Of a stretch of 32,000 bases of DNA, positions 25,472 through 32,000 are shown piece by piece (within the stretch, counting starts at the first letter, position 1; each line of letters begins with the position of its first letter). A program made the translations under genes and the position numbers. Under the pieces are notes generated by a model. It had not been told where the DNA came from and did no database searches. It was given only the letters and a program-made list of their open reading frames with translations. Origin of the DNA: Candidatus Methanoperedens sp. (GTDB lineage: Archaea > Halobacteriota > Methanosarcinia > Methanosarcinales > Methanoperedenaceae). The stretch is taken from positions 360,001 through 392,000 of the forward strand of contig JBGQBI010000002.1 in NCBI GenBank assembly GCA_041494705.1, written 5' to 3'.

Positions 25472-26344
25472 ATGGAGCCGCTTCCCGAGGTCACAGATCC
25501 ACGTGTCATTGACGGACGAAAAATAGCACAGGATATCGAGGCAGAAGTCAAGAAAGGGGTTGAAGGATTCGTTAAAGAACATGGCATCAAACCAGCTCTT
25601 GCGACAATACTTGTGGGTGAGCATCCCCCATCAAAGCTGTACGTCAAGCTCAAACACTGGGCATGCAAGCGCGTGGGAATTGCATCTGAAGACCACAAGT
25701 TCCCTGCACAAGCAAAGCAGGAAGAAATAATCGGGCTGATCGATACCCTGAATAAAAGACCTGAGATACACGGGATACTCGTGCAGCTCCCCCTTCCAAA
25801 ACACATTGATGAGCGCACGGTAATGATGCGCATCGCCCCTGAAAAAGATGTGGACGGCTTTAATCCGCTTAACATGGGAAAAATGCTCATAGGGCACGAA
25901 GGATTTGTGCCATGCACACCCAAGGGTATTGTCCGGGCGCTTGAGGAATTCAAGATAGACCCGCAGGGTAAGGAGGTGGTAGTGGTCGGGCACAGCAATG
26001 TAGTAGGAAAGCCCGCTGCGATAATGCTGCTCAACCGCAATGCTACCGTCAAGGTATGTCATGTCTATACAAAAGACCTCAAAAGCCATACCAAAGAAGC
26101 GGATATCCTGATAGTAGCAACAGGTGTGCGCGGGCTTATTAAAGCTGACATGGTGAAGGATGGCGCAATTGTGTTCGATGTGGGCATAACATGGCAGGAC
26201 GAGCGGGTGTATGGGGATGTTGATTTTGATGACGTGCTGCCGAAGGTGAAATTGATATCACCGGTACCCGGAGGCGTTGGACCCATGACGATTGCGATAT
26301 TGATGGAACATACGCTGATGGCGGCGAAGATGCAGATGTCCTGA
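25472..26344 (+). CDS. folD: Bifunctional methylenetetrahydrofolate dehydrogenase / methenyltetrahydrofolate cyclohydrolase
   Basis: IDGRKIA, PALATILVGEHPPSKLYVKLK, GILVQLPLP, VVVVGHSNVVGKP and SPVPGGVGPMTIA. The ATG at 25472 is preceded by GTGAGGT. The ORF-track start at 25436 lies inside glyA. Confidence 0.92.
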   Translation: MEPLPEVTDPRVIDGRKIAQDIEAEVKKGVEGFVKEHGIKPALATILVGEHPPSKLYVKLKHWACKRVGIASEDHKFPAQAKQEEIIGLIDTLNKRPEIHGILVQLPLPKHIDERTVMMRIAPEKDVDGFNPLNMGKMLIGHEGFVPCTPKGIVRALEEFKIDPQGKEVVVVGHSNVVGKPAAIMLLNRNATVKVCHVYTKDLKSHTKEADILIVATGVRGLIKADMVKDGAIVFDVGITWQDERVYGDVDFDDVLPKVKLISPVPGGVGPMTIAILMEHTLMAAKMQMS

Positions 26345-26468
26345 TATCCGCAAAACATCAACTATGAGGGAACAGGATTCCCGCATGTTTATTCATGGGA
26401 ATAAGTTTTATGAGTGGATAGCGTGTATTCAGGATAGCAGCATGGAAGGGCTGCAAGGAGATTAGAAT

Positions 26469-26753
26469 ATGGCAGAAACCAAGAATTTTGTTTTAAGGAG
26501 TAAAAGCGGAACAGAGACCAGTGTTTTCACGGGGAAGCAGCCGCGACAGGCAGCGCTCAAAGCCGCTAACCGCATCGGAGGAACAAAAAGTAAGCCGGCC
26601 GAGATAAGACTGAGGGAACGGGGGACAAAAAAGGTTCATATCTTCAAGGGCTGGAAGGAGATTGTGAGTGCTCCGAAGAATAAACCTGCATGGATGCCGG
26701 ATAAGATTAATAAGCCATTCGTCAAGAAAGCGGGAATTGAAAAACTGGATTAA
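26469..26753 (+). CDS. Chromosomal (chromatin) protein MC1
   Basis: RNFVLR...VFTGKQPRQAALKAANR...IRLRERGTKKVHIFKGWKEIVSAPKNKPAWMPDKINKPFVKK closely follows the Methanosarcina MC1 sequence as I recall it. 94 aa, with AGGAG RBS at 26456-26460. Confidence 0.9.
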   Translation: MAETKNFVLRSKSGTETSVFTGKQPRQAALKAANRIGGTKSKPAEIRLRERGTKKVHIFKGWKEIVSAPKNKPAWMPDKINKPFVKKAGIEKLD

Positions 26754-26800
26754 ATCCAGATATTTATTATTTTTTATAACAAAATTGCTTTTTTTATTTC
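26745..26800 (+). terminator. Hairpin spanning the MC1 stop codon plus downstream oligo-T tracts
   Basis: ctggat-taa-atccag (26745-26759, loop = stop codon), followed by tttattattttttat and gcttttttttattt. Confidence 0.4.
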
Positions 26801-26908
26801 CAATTTTTATAATCCGGATTATCCACAGAATTCTATTAAATAAAAAAGTATAGAGCAATTCAATGCTCTATTATTTGAAAATTATCAAAATATTATCGGG
26901 TAATATTT

Positions 26909-27097
26909 TTAATATCTCTTTGGTTTGTGTTTTTGGTAGCATTCCCTGCAATATACAGGTCTGTCGCCAGAGGGTGCAAAAGGTACTTCAGTTTCCTGAC
27001 CGCAGTCTGCACATGTTGCTTTATGCATTTCTCTTGGTCCACTTGGTCTGAATCCTCTGCCTCCTCCACGGAAGCCGCCTCTTCTATCGTTGTCCAT
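26909..27097 (-). CDS. Small RGG-box / CxxC-x17-CxxC zinc-binding protein (62 aa)
   Basis: MDNDRRGGFRGGGRGFR followed by CADC-(17 residues)-CREC. I counted the 17-residue spacing by hand, and it matches the described CxxC-x17-CxxC domain family. Confidence 0.78.
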   Translation of the reverse strand: MDNDRRGGFRGGGRGFRPSGPREMHKATCADCGQETEVPFAPSGDRPVYCRECYQKHKPKRY

Positions 27098-27308
27098 TTA
27101 ATTTCTTTCCTTTATTTTTAAACCAATTAACTAATAAAAACAGCCCTAGACGGATTTAACCCTCTGAGTTGCCAAATAAGCCAACCGATTAGCGTGTAAT
27201 TGTAGCTTGCACCTTATATATTTTTCCTCGTTCGAATTAAATCTGCTTAAATTGTAAATCATAAAAAGTTAGAAAATTATATTAGTCTTTAAGTTATAAT
27301 GGTTTTAG

Positions 27309-28967
27309 ATGAGATATTACATTGCTGCATTAATCATAATTTTCTTGTTCACAGGTATGGCATCGGCTTATAGCCCGGGTGACATTGAATGGGCTACTGC
27401 CGTATCAGGCACCCTCAATAAAGGCGGAACGCTTACCAACGGGGAGTTTATGGTAAAAGCAATTCAATTCCCTTCTCCTGTGCCTGGAATAAAAGATATC
27501 AACGGAAACATTATCCCCGAAACTACTGTGGATCCTATGGTCTTCCTTGAGATTTATAAAAATGGCGTCCTCATCAAAGAGCTTATCATGAATCTTCAAA
27601 GCGAGCCTTTTATCGACCCCGATTACGAAGTCAAAGTATCGGCAACCGGGTTCCCTGCAAAGAACGCCAGAGGGTGGGTATATGAATACTACACCGTTGA
27701 ACCGCCATGGGCAACCATATCTATCCAGACGCGAGGAACCCTTAAGATTGATGTTTCGGTAACAACGGACAAAAGCACATACACATCTTATGATGACAAT
27801 ATAATTACAGCAACAATGACAGTAACAAATAGCGGGAGTGCAAGAGCAAAGAATGTCGACGTAAATCTCGATACAGGCGGATTAAAACTCAGGGGAGGAG
27901 ATTCGAGCCAGCTTCACCAGTACTACAATAATATGGAAGCCGGAACAAGCCAGAGTTTTTCAGTTATCCTTCTTGTCCCCGAACTTATTGACCAGATATC
28001 CTATGTTTTGCGCGCGAATGCCACGGGGATTGATGTCAAAGACATAAGATATAAAGCGGTAACCGGTTCAATCACAATTCCGGTTTCACCCAAACAGAAT
28101 TATTTTACTATTAGCAAAGCTGTGAAAGACCGCATATATCTCCAGGACATCGTACCTGTAAGGATTACCGTTGGAAATGGCGGGATGTTTGACATATATA
28201 ATATCCATGTTACCGACAGCATGAGTGAAAATTTTGAGTTAAAGTCCAACACTTCCTTCCAATGGGACATACCTGTGCTCAAACCTGGGCAAGAATGGGG
28301 CACGACATATTCTGTTAAACCGCTTGAGACGAATCTTGATGGTTTTACAATTCCTGCCGCAACTGCGCAGTTCATTGTCAACAATAAGCCTTACAGTGTT
28401 TCGTCCAATACCCCTAAAATAGTTGTGAACGGACCCAAACTGATCATAAATAAAACCGTAGATAAGCAAACTGTGAACATAAGCGAATATGTGATTGTGA
28501 ACGTTAGCGTAAATAACAGGGGAAATATAGGCACACGGTTTGAAGTTAAAGACTCGCTGCCTGATGGTGTCAGCCTTACAGCCGGTTCGACTTCCCTTGC
28601 AAACTGGTCAGACCCGAATACCATACTGGGATTCAATTATACTATCCGCATGAATAAAGAAGGAAAAATGGAACTGCCGTCTGCTGTCTCCAATTATACC
28701 AATGTTGAGTACAGGGGGACAACGAGAGCAGTGCTGAGCTCAGAAAAGCCTGTCATAACTGTCATCGATAAAAGTAAAATTACACCTGTTCCAACAGGAA
28801 CTACAGTACCGAACCAGACAACAACCCAGACAATACGAGGGGAAACTACTTCAACTCCTATACCGACTGATAACCCTGAGCCCACTCCCACACCCATAAC
28901 ACCGGGTTTTGGGATTGGATTTGCAATCGTTGTTTTGGTAGTCATGGCCACGATTAAGCGTGGATAA
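27309..28967 (+). CDS. Cell-surface protein with CARDB/DUF11-type repeat domains and a PGF-CTERM-like anchor
   Basis: Signal peptide MRYYIAALIIIFLFTGMASA. At least three beta-sandwich repeats show the DUF11 pattern (for example INKTVDKQTVNISEYVIVNVSVNNRGNIGTRFEVKDSLPDGVSL). A Thr/Pro linker leads to the C-terminus TPGFGIGFAIVVLVVMATIKRG. Confidence 0.75.
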   Translation: MRYYIAALIIIFLFTGMASAYSPGDIEWATAVSGTLNKGGTLTNGEFMVKAIQFPSPVPGIKDINGNIIPETTVDPMVFLEIYKNGVLIKELIMNLQSEPFIDPDYEVKVSATGFPAKNARGWVYEYYTVEPPWATISIQTRGTLKIDVSVTTDKSTYTSYDDNIITATMTVTNSGSARAKNVDVNLDTGGLKLRGGDSSQLHQYYNNMEAGTSQSFSVILLVPELIDQISYVLRANATGIDVKDIRYKAVTGSITIPVSPKQNYFTISKAVKDRIYLQDIVPVRITVGNGGMFDIYNIHVTDSMSENFELKSNTSFQWDIPVLKPGQEWGTTYSVKPLETNLDGFTIPAATAQFIVNNKPYSVSSNTPKIVVNGPKLIINKTVDKQTVNISEYVIVNVSVNNRGNIGTRFEVKDSLPDGVSLTAGSTSLANWSDPNTILGFNYTIRMNKEGKMELPSAVSNYTNVEYRGTTRAVLSSEKPVITVIDKSKITPVPTGTTVPNQTTTQTIRGETTSTPIPTDNPEPTPTPITPGFGIGFAIVVLVVMATIKRG

Positions 28968-28992
28968 AGATTTTTCAAGGTGATGTCGCTTT

Positions 28993-29565
28993 ATGAAAGA
29001 GATAATATTCGCAGGGCGTTCCAATGTCGGTAAATCCACTCTCATCAGGGCGCTCACAGGTATCAAAATCCCGGTGGGCAGGCGTCCGGGAGTAACTAGA
29101 AAAATCCTTAAGATTCCTTACAGGAACATCCAGATTACAGATATGCCGGGGTTCGGGTTCATGAGCGGCGTGTCGGAAGAAAGCCGGGAAGCCATCAAAG
29201 ATAATATCGTTCATTATATAGAGGATAACGCAGGGAATATCGTGCTTGCGGTGATGGTTGTAAATGCAGGGTCTTTTGCGGAAATCGTGGACAGGTGGAA
29301 TGAGAGGGGGGAAATACCGGTAGAGGTTGAACTGTTTGAGTTCTTGCAGGAAATGAAGATCGATGCAGTTGTTGCTGCAAATAAAATAGATAAGGTCAAA
29401 GATGCGGATAAGACGCTTGACGGGATTGCAGAGCGACTCGGAATGATGCCGCCCTGGAGACAGTGGCCTGACAAAATAGTCCCGGTGAGCGCAAAAAAAG
29501 GGGAAATAAAAGGGTTAAAAGAGCTCATCCAGAAAAAACTGGAAGAGAAGCAAAAGTCGTTATAA
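28993..29565 (+). CDS. engB: Ribosome-biogenesis GTPase EngB/YsxC
   Basis: G1 GRSNVGKST, G3 DMPGFG, G4 NKIDK, G5 SAKKG. 190 aa. Confidence 0.88.
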   Translation: MKEIIFAGRSNVGKSTLIRALTGIKIPVGRRPGVTRKILKIPYRNIQITDMPGFGFMSGVSEESREAIKDNIVHYIEDNAGNIVLAVMVVNAGSFAEIVDRWNERGEIPVEVELFEFLQEMKIDAVVAANKIDKVKDADKTLDGIAERLGMMPPWRQWPDKIVPVSAKKGEIKGLKELIQKKLEEKQKSL

Positions 29566-29640
29566 TATTCTCCCTAATTTGACCATTTTGGGGGATACGT
29601 TGCGATACATTCAAATGCTATAAAAACATCATTGAAACTC

Positions 29641-29811
29641 ATGGCAAAAAAGAAAGAAGGCAGCGGCCTTATGTCTTCAGCGGGTTTAATGAGATATTAC
29701 GATGCTGAAGAGACAGCAATTATAGTAGAGCCAAAAACCGTTGTTACCGTAGCAATAGCAGCAGGTTTACTTGTACTGGGTTTGAATGCATACTACCATA
29801 TCTGGCCTTAA
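29641..29811 (+). CDS. secG: Preprotein translocase subunit Sec61-beta (archaeal SecG), 56 aa, below the ORF-track cutoff
   Basis: My manual translation is MAKKKEGSGLMSSAGLMRYYDAEETAIIVEPKTVVTVAIAAGLLVLGLNAYYHIWP. It has the conserved SSAGLMRY motif plus a single C-terminal TM helix. Confidence 0.8.
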   Translation: MAKKKEGSGLMSSAGLMRYYDAEETAIIVEPKTVVTVAIAAGLLVLGLNAYYHIWP

Positions 29812-29862
29812 TCAGGATTTTCCATCAAAATACTTTTAACCATCACAATTAATTAGGATAGC

Positions 29863-30678
29863 ATGAAGCTATTCGGCGTTCTTGGAGATCCCGTTTCCCA
29901 CAGCTTATCTCCCGTTATGCATAATGCAGCATTCAAAGCTATCGGGATGGACTGTGAGTATCATGCGTTCAGGGTCGGTCCCGAATTTTTACACGATGCG
30001 ATACATGGCGCGCACGCTCTCGGGTTTGGGGGATTAAACCTCACTATACCTTTAAAAGAAAAAGCTCTTGAGATAGTTGCGCCCACCGACATGGCAAAAC
30101 AGATAGGCGCTGTAAATACCGTGGATTTTAAAGAAGGAATCGTAGGATATAACACAGACGGGCTCGGTGCTAAAATGGCGCTAAAAGATAATGGCGTTGG
30201 AATAAAAGGAAAGAACGTGCTGCTTCTCGGCGCTGGGGGCGCTGCCCGCGCAATCGCATTCCAGCTTGCATCCGATGGGGCAAGCGTGACTATAGCCAAC
30301 AGGACGCCAGACAGGGCGATTTCCCTTGCAAAAGAAGTTAGCAGGATAGGAAAAGCCAGTGCCGGGGATTTTCGTGACCTAAAAAATCTAATCCAGAATA
30401 GTGATATTCTCATAAATTCAACGTCTATAGGAATGTTCCCGAAAGTATCGGAAAGCATTGTGACATCGGATATGATTCACAGGAACCTTGTTGTGTTCGA
30501 TATTGTTTACAATCCTGTAAACACACTGCTTCTCAGGGAAGCCAGGAAGGCAGGCGCAAAAACAATCGATGGAGTGATGATGCTTGTGTATCAGGGGGCA
30601 GAGGCATTTAAAATCTGGACAGGGAAAAACCCGCCTGTTGAAGTCATGGAAAAAGCTGTCCGGGAGAAGCTGGCATGA
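29863..30678 (+). CDS. aroE: Shikimate dehydrogenase
   Basis: FGVLGDPVSHSLSPVMHNAAF, NLTIPLK, AVNTV, GYNTDG, and Rossmann motif LLGAGGAARAI. Confidence 0.9.
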   Translation: MKLFGVLGDPVSHSLSPVMHNAAFKAIGMDCEYHAFRVGPEFLHDAIHGAHALGFGGLNLTIPLKEKALEIVAPTDMAKQIGAVNTVDFKEGIVGYNTDGLGAKMALKDNGVGIKGKNVLLLGAGGAARAIAFQLASDGASVTIANRTPDRAISLAKEVSRIGKASAGDFRDLKNLIQNSDILINSTSIGMFPKVSESIVTSDMIHRNLVVFDIVYNPVNTLLLREARKAGAKTIDGVMMLVYQGAEAFKIWTGKNPPVEVMEKAVREKLA

Positions 30679-31976
30679 AGATATTAATCGTAGGCGGGAC
30701 AGGTGAAACCGGAAGATTTTTTGCAAAATTTTATAAAAAACACGGCTTTGATGTGGCAATATGGGGAATCAATAAGAAAAAAGACATAGCTCTGGAATTG
30801 GGGGTGAAGTTCGCCGAGGACCTCGATGAGGAGATAAAATCAAGCGATGTTGTAATGATATCTGTGCCTATCAATATCACAGAAAAGACCATTGAAGATA
30901 TCGCCCCAAAAATGCACGCCGGAAGTTTGCTCATGGATATCACATCTATAAAAAAAGGCCCGATAGAAGCAATGATAAAACATGCTCCCACTGATGTGGA
31001 AATCCTGGGTTCGCATCCCATGTTCGGGCCATCCATACCTGATATAAGGGGACAGATTGTGATTTTTACACCAATCGAAGGGAGGTGCGGAAAATGGTTC
31101 CCGGTAATCAGGAACCTGTACGAAAATAACGGCGCTCATATCGAGATAATGGACGCAGTGGCGCATGATAAAATGATGGCGGTGGTACAGGGTCTCACGC
31201 ATTTTGCTTATATTTCCATAGGAGCTGTTTTCAGGGAACTTGAATTCGATGTTGGGAACTCAAGAAGATTCATGAGCCCGATGTATGACATTATGCTTGA
31301 CCTCGTGGGACGGATACTCGGGCAGAACCCCTACCTGTATGCCATGATACAAATGAACCCGGAGGTGGCGAAGGTGCATAGGGCATATATCGAACAGTGC
31401 AACCTGCTTGCGGACATCGTCAAAAAGAAGGATGTAGAAGGTTTTGTGGGCCTTATGAAAAAAGCTTCGGCGCATTTCGGGGATACGGAATCAGCTCTGC
31501 GGCGGTCTGAAAAGCTTATCGGGACCAAAATAACGGAACATGAGGAGCTTGTGCGCTCTATCGGCAATGAGAGGGCGTTAAAACACATTTATTCAGGCGT
31601 GGTACACTTCGGTATCGTGAAAAAAGTGACACCGAGGACTGTTCTGCTTGAGCGGGGAGGAAGGACGACCGAGCTTTTGATAGAGAATGTGAGACTTTTA
31701 AATGAAAAGGAATTGTTCGCATGGAAAACCACGAATTTAAAGAATGTGACACGTGATATCTCAGTTTTTATTCCGAAGGGGTCTGATGCCGGCATTATAA
31801 AAAATGTGGTAAAGGGCACAAACAGCGTGGTTTCTGTAGAGGTTATCGATGTATATTCGAAGCAAAATACCCAGAGTGTTACATATAGAGTCACAATATT
31901 CGGAGATCAAGATGCAGCCATGGTGCAGGGAAGCGTAGAGGCGCTTCTTAAGGGCATAGGCTGCACCATAAGGTAA
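30675..31976 (+). CDS. tyrA: Prephenate dehydrogenase with a roughly 150-aa C-terminal extension
   Basis: MKILIVGGTGETG Rossmann start, LLMDITSIKK, GSHPMFGP, and AHDKMMAVVQGLTHF. ATGA overlap with aroE. Confidence 0.85.
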   Translation: MKILIVGGTGETGRFFAKFYKKHGFDVAIWGINKKKDIALELGVKFAEDLDEEIKSSDVVMISVPINITEKTIEDIAPKMHAGSLLMDITSIKKGPIEAMIKHAPTDVEILGSHPMFGPSIPDIRGQIVIFTPIEGRCGKWFPVIRNLYENNGAHIEIMDAVAHDKMMAVVQGLTHFAYISIGAVFRELEFDVGNSRRFMSPMYDIMLDLVGRILGQNPYLYAMIQMNPEVAKVHRAYIEQCNLLADIVKKKDVEGFVGLMKKASAHFGDTESALRRSEKLIGTKITEHEELVRSIGNERALKHIYSGVVHFGIVKKVTPRTVLLERGGRTTELLIENVRLLNEKELFAWKTTNLKNVTRDISVFIPKGSDAGIIKNVVKGTNSVVSVEVIDVYSKQNTQSVTYRVTIFGDQDAAMVQGSVEALLKGIGCTIR

Positions 31977-32000
31977 GTTTTATTAGATATGAACACACGC

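Noticed and set aside
1-32000. Whether the window could come from a giant extrachromosomal element of Methanoperedens (Borg-like), given the tandem repeats inside genes.
   Set aside because: Genes lie on both strands, and the content is core housekeeping (tRNA, argF, sucCD, mtr, glyA, engB, Sec61-beta). The repeats are imperfect, and base composition is not visibly AT-shifted relative to the coding genes. A host chromosome is the simpler reading.

Overview
This is a gene-dense archaeal chromosomal segment with about 45 protein genes and one tRNA. I see no CRISPR array, transposase, integrase or obvious defence island. The landmark is a complete, tightly packed mtrEDCBAFGH operon (tetrahydromethanopterin S-methyltransferase) on the minus strand. 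Chromatin protein MC1, a tandem-domain S-layer protein with a PGF-CTERM anchor and a putative methanogenesis marker protein 8 also sit here, which together point to Methanosarcinales. Futalosine-pathway menaquinone genes (mqnB-mqnD) lie in the same window, which suggests an ANME-2d / 'Candidatus Methanoperedens'-like organism. That assignment is an inference from gene content, not a database hit. The rest is core metabolism and housekeeping: PAN fragment, argF, sucCD, purN-glyA-folD, aroE-tyrA, engB, Sec61-beta and tRNA-Leu(CAG). No clearly novel system stands out. The best follow-up candidates are: (1) a translationally coupled TPM / 212-aa unknown / LemA-fusion operon followed by a DUF475 membrane protein; (2) a 113-aa unknown plus marker-protein-8 operon directly upstream of mtr, which shares an exact 13-nt upstream motif with mtrE; (3) a coupled SAM-methyltransferase / LplA-like ligase pair converging on an orphan larC; (4) an S-layer gene whose two 906-nt halves are near-identical, with mostly amino-acid-changing differences. 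All product calls come from motif recognition by eye. No searches were run.
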